A program made the position numbers and the translations under genes. Under the pieces are notes generated by a model. It was not told the origin of the DNA. It saw nothing but the letters and a program-made list of their open reading frames with translations, and made no database searches. A stretch of 64,000 nucleotides of DNA from Rhynchopus sp. YZ270_cl-10 (Eukaryota), in NCBI GenBank assembly GCA_964035575.1, contig OZ037839.1:1302001-1366000 (forward strand). The letters run 5' to 3'. Shown in pieces: positions 10,794 to 22,406 of the stretch. The first letter of the stretch is position 1; each line of letters opens with the position of its first letter.

Positions 10794-12669
10794 AAGAGCA
10801 AGAGGGTGGTGTGGGGCCTATGGACGCCGTTGTACGTATTGTACACTGTCGCGAGAGGGCTTTGTATTTCAAGTCAAATTGTTTTTACTTAGCACTCAAA
10901 TAGTCCCTTTCATGTGGCGGGGGTTTCCCCTCTTTCGTAAATGAAATCTGATGAGCCTGGATGAGGATCGGTTCGTCTTGAAATGATAGACTTCCCTTCA
11001 TAATTGATGTGTGTGTGTGTGTTTGATAACTAATAGGGCTAATTCTTGCGCAGAATATGGCCCAATGTGTGTGTGTGTATGAGAGCAGGTGTGAGTTCTC
11101 CCTAGCAGTTGGAATATAGCCCATAAATGTATCTGTGTCTGTACAGCTCAGCACACCCTATTTGAAATTCTTCTCTCCTTTTTTTCCCTTTCCAAGCTGG
11201 CTTAGCACAAGAGAGCCTGTGGCCGGCCTTCTAACACTTTTATGTTTACTTTTATTTTCAAGATGACTAAAACACTGCGAGACTCAGGTTCATCTTTATA
11301 AGATTTTCGATTTCCCCCCCCATTCTCGGAAGACAACAATATTTTTCACTTTATTTTTTTTAAATGTTTCATCGTGAAATCTTTTTATCTTGCAGCTGGA
11401 GATTCTGAAGCCAGTCTCTATTTTCTGTGCCCACACAGCGCTGCTTGCACATTCTGTCTGCCCCATCATTCTGTCTGCCTTGATAACCTAGTCAAGATGC
11501 GTGCGAGAGAGGACATCCATCTTCTATGATTCGTGGTCGATATCATCTCGAACAACTGTCTTTGTGACGAAGAGACAACCCATCTTCAAACCCTGCGTGG
11601 ACCAGCGCAATAACGATAGTGGCAAAAGATGTGTGTGCACGAGAGGCACATTCATCTTTGCAAGTTTTTCTTTTCTTTTCTAAAAAAGAGGAGAAGAAGC
11701 TGGTGGATAAAACTCCATCTTTCGATTGAAAATTATATCTTAATCTCTTTTCTTTTCTGTACTGAGGTGCCCGTAGAAGGTGAGCCGTGTGCTAATACAG
11801 AAAGTATCAGTCAAGGCTGTCCTTACAGACGCATGCCGAAGCGGCCGCCACGTGGGTGTGGACTTTTGATTGAAGTGTCATCATTGTACTTCGCCCAGAG
11901 AAGGGTTCCCCTGGCTACCGGCGAGGGTCTCTTCCAATCCGTACCCCAGTTCCCTAAGAACCCTCAGGGCTTCGCTGCTGCTGCCTTCAGCACCCAGAGT
12001 ATCATTCCCGGCTATTAACAGCTCTGGGCTCGCACCCTTCATTGCACGGGGTGCCACTCCATCCGATATGCAGTTTAAAGCCATGCCCCGGTGCTGGGCT
12101 ATTCTTTTTGTGACCAATTATTTTTTTTTTTGAAGAAAAAATTGTACCTGCTATGTTTGGGAGTCCAAAAGCAGACAAAAATATTTGTAGTCCCTTTTTT
12201 GTTCTGGACTTTGAGTGTTTCTTCAAACCCCCTTTCCCTTTCCCTTTCCCTCCCTTCCCCCCTTCCTAGCTCCCGAGAACAGAATAAAGACAAAGCACTC
12301 TCTTCTTCCACCCCTCACATACTCAGTTGCATCCCTTCAAGCATCCATACGGTACGGAGCACTCACGTCTCACCCTTTGCATGAGATCGACCGAGCTTCG
12401 TTTCAGCACGTTTCAACGACTCATTTTTTTATTTTAATTTTGAGAAGGACACCATTTCTGTTCCCGCCTCCTCCCGTCTCCAACTCAAAGGGCCTCCGGT
12501 CCGCAGGCGCTCCTGCATTGATTGCAAACGCTACCTGGTGGTCTAAACGGCCTGCTTCCATGGTGGGAACCGCCTGGGAGCAATGGACTGGCAGGCGTGA
12601 CACTTCGAGGAGCCGTGCTCTTCCTTACCCAACAACCCACCCGCAGAGATACATCAAGAGACACATAAA

Positions 12670-13821
12670 ATGGAACTGACTATCGAGGGCTTGGGGAAGG
12701 ACTTCGTGATGGAGGTGGGTGAGAACGACACAACGGAGACGATGCGGGAGAAGGTGGCGTCTGCAACAGGGTTGTGCGAAGACAGCTTCCGCATGGGCTT
12801 CGGAGGGAAGGAGGAAGGAGAGGACATCACAGAACTGAGTGCTGGAGACACAGTCGTGTTGACGAAAACGATGAAGTACGAAGCCATATCAGCTCTTCAT
12901 GCATTGGGTGAGACAAACATCACAGCAGAAAGGTTGCAGCAGGTGGAGGATCCTGAGGTGGCCAGCTTGCTTCTTCAGGCAGAAGTTGCAACTGAGATTC
13001 CAAAAAACTTCTTATCATGTAGTGCCGTAACGCGCATTGGTTTCAGTTGCGTACCCAATGTGGATGACAACTGTGGCATCACACTGCACCTGCCTGCATT
13101 ACCCTGCGTCACCACGATTGGTGACGGGTTTCTCTTCAACTGCACGAGGTTGTCAAGGGTGGACCTCACCGGCCTGCAATCAGTCACCGCGATTGGTGAC
13201 AGGTTTCTCTCCATCTGCACATCGTTGTCGGAAGTAGACATCACTGGCCTGCATTCAGTCACCACGATTGGTGACAGGTTTCTCGCCTACTGCACAAGGT
13301 TTTCGAAAGTCGACCTCACCTGCTTGCAAGCAGTCACCACGGTTGGTAACGGGTTTCTCTCCGAGTGCAAAACGTTGTCGGAAGTGGACCTGACCGGCCT
13401 GCAAGCAGTCACCACGATTGGTAACGCGTTTCTCTCCAACTGCACAACGTTGTCGGAAGTAGACCTCACCGGCCTGCAAGGAATCACCACGATTGGTGAC
13501 GGGTTTCTCTTCCGCTGCACAACGTTGTCGAAAGTGGACCTGACCGGTCTGCAATCAGTCACCACGATTGGTTCCGGGTTTCTCTACAACTGCACATCGT
13601 TGTCGGAAGTCGACTTCACCCATCTGCAAGCAGTCACCACGATTGGTGACAAGTTTCTCTCCGAGTGCACAAAGTTGTGGAAAGTGGACCTCACCGGTCT
13701 GCAATCAGTCACCACGATTGGTGACAAATTTCTCTCCAACTGCACAACGTTGTCGAAAGTCGACGGAATGGACAAGTGTAGCAACGTTGTACGCAGCAGA
13801 CTAGGTGACGTTGGTTTTTAG
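12670..13821 (+). CDS. Ubl-LRR protein, type A (9 BspA-like 25-aa repeats)
   Basis: Ubl-like N-terminus MELTIEGLGKDFVMEVGENDTTETMREKVASATGL...ELSAGDTVVLT; repeats LSxVDLTGLQxVTTIGxxFLxxCTx. Confidence 0.88.
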   Translation: MELTIEGLGKDFVMEVGENDTTETMREKVASATGLCEDSFRMGFGGKEEGEDITELSAGDTVVLTKTMKYEAISALHALGETNITAERLQQVEDPEVASLLLQAEVATEIPKNFLSCSAVTRIGFSCVPNVDDNCGITLHLPALPCVTTIGDGFLFNCTRLSRVDLTGLQSVTAIGDRFLSICTSLSEVDITGLHSVTTIGDRFLAYCTRFSKVDLTCLQAVTTVGNGFLSECKTLSEVDLTGLQAVTTIGNAFLSNCTTLSEVDLTGLQGITTIGDGFLFRCTTLSKVDLTGLQSVTTIGSGFLYNCTSLSEVDFTHLQAVTTIGDKFLSECTKLWKVDLTGLQSVTTIGDKFLSNCTTLSKVDGMDKCSNVVRSRLGDVGF

Positions 13822-14156
13822 GGGCAGTAAAGAAAGCGGGAGTGGGAATTGGGGTGTTAGGATTATTGGGTGTGTTTGGGCGGGTGGAGTAGTGTTTTGT
13901 TGAGTGAGCAAGAAATCATCCCCACTGTACCACCCACCTTCATTGGACACTTCTTTGGGGTCGGATCAAGGGCACAGTTCCTCTTGTGCTCTCTGCGTGT
14001 CCTTCACTTCACCTCTCTTTCCTTCACTTCACTTCACTTCACATTCCGCTTGCATGCTTTATACCATTCCACTTTGTTACTTCCATATTTTTCACTCCAT
14101 CCCACACAAAACATCCATTTCTTTTTATCACAAAACCCCTCCACCAGGTTACACAT

Positions 14157-14981
14157 ATGTTCCGCACTTTCCGCAGTGTTCTTTCACTTGCCAACACTTC
14201 CTTGAGGATACACCCGCCCAGTGACACTTGCGTCACTGAACTCTCCTTCCGCTTCCGCATCCCTGAGCGCACCCATGCGGTAACTGAGGTTGTAGATGTT
14301 GATGGGCGCGTTTGCCTCGGTGTATACACGGTGAGCGACGCCGAGAAGCATAGCGAGCGGCTGGATGACTTCCGCATCGTGCGTTACGTCGGACGTTCTG
14401 AGGCACTGGGCCTGCGAGGTCATCTTGAAAAGTACAGCAGCACCGGGGTGCAGCGCATCCCATACAACAAGCAGGCCGCCTCCCGCCCTACCTCCCGCCC
14501 TGCCTCCCGCCGTGTCATATACCAGCCCCCTGCACAGTGGCACCCAAACAACACTGCCGCGAAGCAAAAATTCGACGCAAGCCTTGCGGCGGCAGGTCGT
14601 CATAGCCTTCCTGCGCTGACCGATGTTGGTGTGGTTTACGTGCTCCTGGGCGACAATGGGGAGGTGCTGTATGTTGGGCAGACAAGCAAGTCATCGCTTC
14701 AGCGTGCAATTTCACACTATACTGATGCTGTGCTACGTTGTGAGAATGGTAGGCCCTTAAGCCGTGTGAATGTAGGTGTCCTGCAAAATCGTGGTCCGTT
14801 CACCGTGGTCCCCATTGAGAAGATCCCCCGCAGCAAAGGCACGTTGCTTGCGCAGTTTCGCAGGGATGCGGTCCTCAGGGAACGGTACTACATAGGATTG
14901 CTGTCACCGCCGCTTAACACAAACCTGATGGGGACTACAAGGCAGGGCTGTGATATACCGCCGTACAGTGCCTTTATGTGA
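14157..14981 (+). CDS. GIY-YIG endonuclease domain protein (274 aa), possible mitochondrial presequence
   Basis: GVVYVLL...VLYVGQT...QRAISH...LRERYYIGLLSPPLN carries the GIY/YIG, Arg, Glu and Asn motifs; ATG at 14157 follows a pyrimidine tract and CAG; N-terminus MFRTFRSVLSLANTSLR. Confidence 0.8.
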   Translation: MFRTFRSVLSLANTSLRIHPPSDTCVTELSFRFRIPERTHAVTEVVDVDGRVCLGVYTVSDAEKHSERLDDFRIVRYVGRSEALGLRGHLEKYSSTGVQRIPYNKQAASRPTSRPASRRVIYQPPAQWHPNNTAAKQKFDASLAAAGRHSLPALTDVGVVYVLLGDNGEVLYVGQTSKSSLQRAISHYTDAVLRCENGRPLSRVNVGVLQNRGPFTVVPIEKIPRSKGTLLAQFRRDAVLRERYYIGLLSPPLNTNLMGTTRQGCDIPPYSAFM

Positions 14982-16150
14982 TTGTGTGCGGGTGGCGTTA
15001 TTGCTGTCGGTGGGGGTGCAACAGAATTGAAAAAAAAAAATCGATTCTCATAACTTAATGTAAGAGTGAGGAAAGAAAGATAAAAAAAACCCATCTTGCG
15101 TAGGAGCAGTGGTCGCCATAGTTTTTGTACCCACAAAAAAAAGATTTTTTTTTTTTTTTAAATTGTACCATTTTTTCCCCCACTGAACGTCCTTGCTATA
15201 GTCCAAGGGAGAAAATTTTTGACTCGCCCAACTCCCTGCAAAAATAGCAACTCTCATTTAACAACTGGCGACCTTTTCGTTGTCTTTTACCAAACAAAAA
15301 AAATTTCTCCCCACCGATCTGTGCGTCTTGGTGTGTTCTTGAGAAGTACCGTGGCTGTGCAATATGTGTGATGTCTTTTCTTCACGCCTTACCCAATGCC
15401 TTACTTTGATTGCACACAGACAAAATATGGAGTTTATTTCATCAATTACCGGTGGAAGGTGCAAGAAGGCACAGAGTATAAGTTGTCAACCCTGTCACCG
15501 CCCAATGTGTTTTATGCTTGAGAGTCAGATGGGCTCACCTGCCAAGTTATGCTTCCCTCTTTAGGCAATTACGAAGAAACTCGAGATGATCAAACCAAAT
15601 TTTATTTTTTGGGTGCATGTGTTGACCCTCTCATATACTTTCAATTCTGTAATTCTGTGAACTGAAAGTATATGAATCTAACTTTTTCTTGCGAATATAC
15701 CGTAACCGAGGAAAGTCAAGATACGATTAATGTACCATACACGATCCTCTTAAGGGATGACAACCTATTAGGAACGCTCAAAAACGAAAGGAACATTTAT
15801 CGTTATTTCACTTTTCCCGGTTACGGTAATCCAGACGAGACATATATTGTTCTCGTTGTCCCTCCCCACTACCACGGCGCTTTTCTGCGACAACAAAAAA
15901 AGAAGAAAAAAATCCCAATTTCTGACACATGTTTTTTTATCCTTGTGTGAGCCCCCATTCCCCCTAACATTGTATTGTACCACTCAGCAACACAAAAGTT
16001 GCTATTGTTTTGAAAAAAAAAAAAAAGGAAAAAAAAAAAAAAAAAAACCACCCCCCCCGCTAGTCTGACGCTTTGTTTTTTTTCTCTCCCCTAGCCACCT
16101 CTGCTTGTTCCCTGCTCACCCCCCTGACACGTGCCACCGTTAATCTATAT

Positions 16151-16769
16151 GGGACAGTCCATAAACCCACCCCCCTAAAAGGTAACTTTTTGAATATTTT
16201 TTACATTAGATAACTTCCACTCGGACTTTTTGCTCGATTTTTGCTCCTTTGAACTCAGAATATTGTTTCTGAGGTCACAGGAGCAAAAATCGAGCAAAAA
16301 GTCCGAGTAGAAGATAGATGAATTAAAGTCGAGAAATAAAAAAGCCCCAGTTGAACTGGGTTTTGAAGGGTTCCATTTTTGTGGAAAAAACACAAAAAAA
16401 GGTTAAAAACAGCATAATGTACCCTCCTTTGCGGCAAATATGCCCCAAAAATGGTTTTCGAGTCTATTTCCACCTGTTTTTGACATTTTTGGCACTTTTT
16501 CTGTGGTTTTTTGGTAAACTTAGGTAAAAAAACAGGTTTACCCACGAAACCCAGCCAAACTCATTTCAACTGGAGTTTTTTTATTTCTCGACTTTAATTC
16601 ATGTATCTTCTACTCGGACTTTTTGCTCGATTTTTGCTCCTGTGACCTCAAAAACAATATTCTGAGTTCAAAGGAGCAAAAATCGAGCAAAAAGTCCGAG
16701 TGGAAGTTATCTAATGTAAAAAATATTCAAAAGGTTACCTTTTAGGGGGGTGGGTTTATGGACTGTCCC
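16151..16769. mobile_element. MITE with ~215-bp terminal inverted repeats
   Basis: GGGACAGTCCATAAACCCACCCCC... at 16151 and ...GGGGGTGGGTTTATGGACTGTCCC ending 16769; each TIR contains an internal palindrome (ACTCGGACTTTTTGCTCGATTTTTGCTCC...GGAGCAAAAATCGAGCAAAAAGTCCGAGT). TSD not clear. Confidence 0.85.
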
Positions 16770-16990
16770 TTTATTATGGCGTGACAAACTTACGCCCGCC
16801 TATCGAGCACAGCACTGCCTTGTCTCCTCTTGTCCGTGGAGGATGTGCTGACATCACTCTGTGTGGCCTCTTCCCACGCTTTTACTTCGGGGCCCCTCAC
16901 GGTTGAGGGGGTGGGGTTTTTTATTGTTACGTAGCCCTTGGCAATGGACCCACTATTTTGCGCCTAACAGAATTTACTTTTTTTTTTTTT

Positions 16991-17150
16991 TTACGCACAC
17001 TACTTTGTGAGCGGAAAGTGTCACGTCGTTCACTCACCCAACCGTGCTCCGCAACACCACCAACCAACAGGTAATTTTTAGTGTGTGTGGAAGCGTCAAC
17101 GCATCAAACAACTACAAGAAGGGGGGTGAGGGAACGACAAGTGACACTTT
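16991..17150 (+). repeat. ~160-bp dispersed repeat (second copy 51242-51403) with internal inverted repeats
   Basis: Near-identical copies; AAAGTGTCAC-GTCGTTC-ACTCACCC pairs with GGGTGAG-GGAACGAC-AAGTGACACTTT. Confidence 0.8.
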
Positions 17151-17880
17151 TGATTTTTTTTTTTTTTTTTTTTTTGAACACTCTCCCACAGGGCTATTTC
17201 TAAAAACCTGTCCCTGTCCCTGATTTTTGGAAAATGAAAGTTGCCAAAAAATTTGCATGGGGCTTATATACAGGGCCGCCAAAAAAATTGCACGTACTAC
17301 AGTACTTACCAAGAGAGGGGTGATGGACTTTCTGCTTGAAGAAAGTTGCCGATTTTTTTGTGTTGAAAAGTTTTCTTCCAGATTGTGCAAATAACGGGGG
17401 TGTTTTGGTGTATTCTGAAAAATCCTAGCGGGCGCACCAGGCCGCGTGCCGGAGGCGCTATGAGGGGGTTTCTTAGAAAACTTGTTCTCTACACTAGCAT
17501 CACACTGGCACCGTACTCATTTTAACAATAACCAAGAACTTGCCCAATTCTGCAAATTGACCCCACCACAGAACGGACGGATTCTGGAAATGCAAAGGCC
17601 GGTGTTTTCGCGCATTTTCATGTTTCAGCATCTGGGAGAGAAAATCTGGGTTGTGGGATTTACCTTGGCCCCTTTTCCTTACACTCATTTTGACCAAAAC
17701 CAAGAACTTGGCCATTTCGGCAAATTGACCCCACCACAGCGCGGACAGATTCCGGAAATGCCAATCGCGGTATGTTTTGGGGCTGAAAAATTTTCAGGGT
17801 AAATTTTTTTTGAGCAGCATTTTTTGGCCGAAAATGGGCTCCACGTATTAGTGACCGGGCTCATATTTTCAAAAATTTAA

Positions 17881-20022
17881 CCCTTTAAGGACCAGAGGGG
17901 ACATATATGTCCACGCAACCACCTAAATTGGCTTCCACTAGGACTTTTTGAAGATTTTTTTTTTTAACCCTTTAAGGACCGTTCAGGTTTTTGGATTTTG
18001 GGGGTCAACTCTCCCCCGGCAGTAAAATATTAAGTGATACTTTTTTTTGACCAAATCTGGCGGCATTTGAAAGATTTTGCACAAATCTTTCCAACGGAAT
18101 CAAAAAATCGAAAAATAGAAAATCAACTATTTTTTTAGAGTGGTGCGAGACATTTATTTTTGAGATTTTTTCTGAACAAAAAAATTTTTTGATAAACTCC
18201 CCGACATTATTTCAACTCGAAAACGGCGTATTTTGAAAGATCTGTTCAAAATCTTTGAAAATAAAAAAAAATTCGATAAGAAAGTCGGAGTAGAAATTTT
18301 CTGAAACAGCTGCACAAGGTTAGCAGCAATATTGAAATACATGAGTTGTTAAAGATTTGCCTTGAACACGTGTATATCTGTAAGAAACAGTACAAAAAGT
18401 GATCAAACCTCTTCCCATTCCTCACCTTCCTTCTCTTTGGAGCTTCTGGAGTATCCGGAAGCGTCACAAAAAGCGATGACCGTGTTCCCGGCATTGCCGA
18501 TGCTCGCGTTGTCCACCTGTTATCAGCAATAAGCTGCTTCGCCAGTTCACACTTGAACACACTAAGCGACACCTTCTGTTGCTGAGAGCGTTGCAGAGGG
18601 AGAAGGCATTCTGCGCGAACTCCAAGAAATACCAAAACACTTTCGGTACCAAACTTTAGTCTTGAAGTCCTGGCAGGCTAGCGCTGGTCCGACCGATCGA
18701 TCCCTCCCATGTGGGAGTTGAATACATGTCGAAGACATTATCCGTGGGTGAAAATGGGGGAAATCCCAAAGTGAAATGGTACCCCTAACCCCTCCTGTTA
18801 ATGGGGCTGACATGGTATGTCAAAATAAATTTATTTTTGCTTCTTTGGAAAGATTTGTCACAATATCTTTCCAAAGAACCAAAAATCAATTAGAAATACG
18901 TAGTGGACACCCTCTAAATTTTTTTTGTGATTTGAAGTGCCTCCGATCCGTAAAAATCCGGAAAATCCCAACAAAAGTGAAATTGTACCCCAAATCTCTC
19001 CTGTCGGTGATGGTGCCGGGGGGTGTCAAAAAAAATCAAAACTTGCGTATTTTGAAAGATTTGCAACAAATCTTTCCAAAGAAGAAAAAATCGATTTGAA
19101 ATATGAAGTAGACATATCCTTAGGTATTTACGTGACCTTGAAGTGGCAATGGATTGCCTATGGTCCTTAAAGGGTTAATGAGAAGATTTTGTGCGAAATC
19201 TTTCAAAAGACGCAAGATTCGATTTTTTTTGACGCTCTCATCCCCTCTCATCCACACCCGGCATTATCACATAATAGGGTATTTTGGGTCATTTTTTTGG
19301 GAATAATGTACCATTCTGACGCGCTTGAGTCATGAGAGGATTCAAACTTTGGTGTGCAGGGAACCATTTTGTACGGTCTTCAGAACGAAACTAAAATAAT
19401 GGAAAATACCCGCGACTGGGCAAAGTAACACGAGTAGTTGCAGTTCCTGACCCTGAACTGGGTGTGCCTCTTCTCCGTGTATTTATTGCATTTTGTCTTT
19501 TGAGGGACATTGTACAGAAAATCTATATCAACACGGTCAAGGTACAGAGACACTGGCAGGAGGGTGTTGGTCGACAACTTCTTCTTGCTTGGGAAACAGG
19601 CGTCTGAAAACAGATTACATGTGCGGGGGATGCGGCATTCACCTTTGTTCAGCACCAGGCCAAGTTGGCCAAAAGTCCCAAAAGCCCCAACTTTTGTACT
19701 GTCCAACCTCTGTACAATTACGGTATATATAGTTGGTTGGTACCTTCTCTCCATGCAGTGAGACATTATCTACTAGGACTTTTTGATCGATTTTTTTTTC
19801 TTTTGAAAGATTTTGAACCGATCTTTCAAATAAAGCCATTTTCGAAAACCGAAAAAACAGGTGCGTAACCGGAATAATTTTTTTCTTCAAAATTTTCAGA
19901 AAAAAATATCAGCTCTCCTCAATTTTCAATTTTCCATTTTTCTCATTTTATTTCGATTTCTGCTCCATTTGAAAGATCTGCTCAAAATCTTTCAATTGCG
20001 GCCAGGTACGATCAAAAAAGGG
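17881..20022 (+). mobile_element. Non-autonomous piggyBac element (outer), right end partly deleted
   Basis: TTAA|CCCTTTAAGGACCA at 17881 and AGGG|TTAA at 20022; with 17968-19174 removed it is colinear with the reverse complement of 60219-61210; transposase remnants GRRVLVDNFF and TDYMCGGCGIHLC. Confidence 0.8.
17968..19174 (-). mobile_element. piggyBac element (inner) with decayed transposase C-terminal half
   Basis: TTAA TSDs at 17964-17967 and 19175-19178; TIR CCCTTTAAGGACC; minus-strand remnants FNSHMGGIDRSDQ (catalytic motif), TKVWYRK/VFWYFLEFAQNAF and FKCELAKQLI, with frameshifts and stops. Confidence 0.88.
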
Positions 20023-20538
20023 TTAAGTGGTCAAAAAATCGTCCAATTTTCGAGATTGACCCCACCACTGCGCGGGTGAATCCCAAAAATGCAAATAAGG
20101 ACGTTTTTGGCACAAAATAAATATGCCAAAAAGTTTGTGTCCCGGATTGGATTTTGGGCCCCCCGGACCCCATATTTAGAAATAGCCCTGCTCTCCCAGG
20201 TGTCCTGAGTACGAGAAATTGGTGTGCAGTAAGAAACACCACTTAGCACCATCCGCCCCCTCCCAAATCAAGGTTGGCCTGCCGACCCCCTTTGTTAAAC
20301 AAAACAAACAAACTTATAAACCCCCCTCGTTAGACTGAGGCCTGGGGTCTTTTCATGCTCACGCTGGCACTCGCGGAAACGGTTATCGTTAGCACCTTCC
20401 TATTTACTATTTATCTTGCCACACCTGCCACACCTCTCCCTACTTAGTAAGGGAAGCACCATCTTCTCCCTCTCCCAAGACCACACACACACACACACTC
20501 TTCAGATATACAAAAGCACATTCCCCCCCTTCTACACT

Positions 20539-21756
20539 ATGGTTCAGGTGACTATCTGTGGCGGCGGCAATGCGGCCCATGCTATGTGTGCTGACCTTTC
20601 ATCCCGCGGACACCGTGTCAACATGTACATGCCCTTCAGCGATGAGGCTGCACGCTTCAAGGCAGGACTGAAGAAGCATGGAGGGCTCCGCATCAAGTAC
20701 TCCCAGACGGGGAAGACGTTTGTGGCGCACCCTGCTTGCGTCTCCACCGATCCAAAGGAGGCATTCACACGGTCGAAGTATGTGTTCATCCCGCTTCCAG
20801 TGTTTGCACATCTTCCGACTTTGAGGGATATTGTGCCTCACGTTGCTGAAGATGCCGTGATTGTTGCACTCCCTGCAACTGGGGCGTTTGATTGGACTGC
20901 AGAAAAGGTGTTCGCGGAGTGCGGACGGCGTGTGCACATTGCAGGGCTTGCTCCTTTGCCGTATGTGTGTCGTACGTCGGTGTATGGATCAGAGGTGGAG
21001 CTCTTTGGAGTAAAGGAGATCGTCGGGATGGCGACCGCGCCGTGCAACCTCGTGCACGAGGTGGCATCGGATCTGCAGAACATTTTGCGGTTCAAGATCG
21101 ATGAGTTCCCCTCCTTCCTTGCGCTCACCTTGACCCCAACCAACCCCATCATGCACACCGGACGTATGTATGGCATGCTCGTCGCCAGCAAAGAAGGCTA
21201 CTGGCGGAACCGTGTTGGGGGATTCAAAAGCAACCCGAAGTTTTATGACGACTGCGACGACGTTTCCGACGAATGGTTGCACAAACTTGACAACGAAAAC
21301 CAGGCGATTGTGCGGAAGATGGAAGAGCTTGCGCCAGGCTGCATCGCGGGCAGGGTGGAGACAATCAACAAGTTTCTGCAGTGGACCTACGGCGCGCAGA
21401 TCACAGACTCCACCACCTGCGGGTCTTGCTACAGAACTAACATCGCATTCAAGGGCCTTGGCTCACCCATGTACCAGGTCGCAACCGACTATTGGGTGCC
21501 CGACTTCAAGAGCCGCTACTTCACAGAGGACATTCCGTGTGGCCTGCTTGCCAACCGAGGTCTTGCCGAGCTTCTGGGTGTCCCCACGCCACACATGGAC
21601 ACCGTCATTGAGTGGGCGCAAATGGAGATGGGCAGGAAATGGCTTGTCAACGGCAAGGTCAACCCCAAAGAACTCCCGCAGACGACCCCGCAGGCTGCAG
21701 GGCTAACAAAGGAGGACGTTGTGAGCATGTACCAGGTGCAAAAGGGGAAGTTGTAA
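20539..21756 (+). CDS. Opine (octopine/nopaline-type) dehydrogenase, copy 1
   Basis: Rossmann motif VTICGGGNAAH; NPIMHTGRMYG; PKFY; DFKSRYFTEDIPCGL...AELLGVPTPHMDTVIEWAQ, typical of the octopine dehydrogenase family. Confidence 0.9.
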   Translation: MVQVTICGGGNAAHAMCADLSSRGHRVNMYMPFSDEAARFKAGLKKHGGLRIKYSQTGKTFVAHPACVSTDPKEAFTRSKYVFIPLPVFAHLPTLRDIVPHVAEDAVIVALPATGAFDWTAEKVFAECGRRVHIAGLAPLPYVCRTSVYGSEVELFGVKEIVGMATAPCNLVHEVASDLQNILRFKIDEFPSFLALTLTPTNPIMHTGRMYGMLVASKEGYWRNRVGGFKSNPKFYDDCDDVSDEWLHKLDNENQAIVRKMEELAPGCIAGRVETINKFLQWTYGAQITDSTTCGSCYRTNIAFKGLGSPMYQVATDYWVPDFKSRYFTEDIPCGLLANRGLAELLGVPTPHMDTVIEWAQMEMGRKWLVNGKVNPKELPQTTPQAAGLTKEDVVSMYQVQKGKL

Positions 21757-22406
21757 AAAAAGGTGGGGTGTTTCTTCTTTGTGGATTTAGAAAAAGAAAG
21801 AAGTGTCTCAAAATTCCTGGTTTTATTTTGATTTTTGTTGTTCCTTCTATTCAGTAGAATAGAAAGTATATGAAATATTTTTTATTTATTTTTTTGATAA
21901 ATTGTCAGAATGATTGTGGTCTTGCCTTCTGACTAACAGCTCCACTTTAAAAAAAAGGACGACCTCCGTCTATATATTTTAAGTACAATAGCCTTCGGGC
22001 GACATTGAGTACAGATCCTGCACTAGCAGGTGATTGTCGACACAACAAAAAACGTTTTATTGAAGAGATTTGGAAAGGTAATGCCTTTTTAAATTAACAT
22101 CCCCCCCCACTGACACATCTAAACGCGATCTCTTTTAACTCATCTATTAGCAAGAAATACACAGTGAAGCACGCAATCGGGTGTCTACACTACTACAAGC
22201 AAGTTTTTCAAAAATACTAAAAATTGGGTTTTCAGTGAACCCTACGTTGATGAACGGTGAGGCGTTGGCAGTATCGATACTCTCTCTTTTTTTGAAAACT
22301 TGGTTGTTTTTAGTGTACACATCCCGAGGCCGAGCTTCCACTACACTAAACGCTTGAAAGCAGCTGTTGATGAGCACATTTTTTTTATTTTTTTTTTGTT
22401 TTGGTT

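Larger units (their letters stand above)
17189..20190. mobile_element. Non-autonomous hAT-type transposon carrying nested piggyBac elements
   Basis: TIR CAGGGCTATTTCTAAA / TTTAGAAATAGCCCTG; 8-bp TSD CTCTCCCA at 17181-17188 and 20191-20198; internal ATTGACCCCACCAC repeats. Confidence 0.9.

Noticed and set aside
10948..10984. CTGATGAG...GAAA hammerhead-like core (CTGATGAG also at ~7359)
   Set aside because: Could not form convincing stems I-III around the core.
11760..12610. GC-richer minus-strand fragments possibly from a retroelement (also ~2880-3040 and 15300-15900)
   Set aside because: No diagnostic RT, endonuclease or transposase motif could be read with confidence.
13100..13760. Regular 75-bp repeats with variable inserts resembling a CRISPR array
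   Set aside because: They are in-frame coding LRR repeats; the variable parts are codons, there are no cas genes and the context is eukaryotic.
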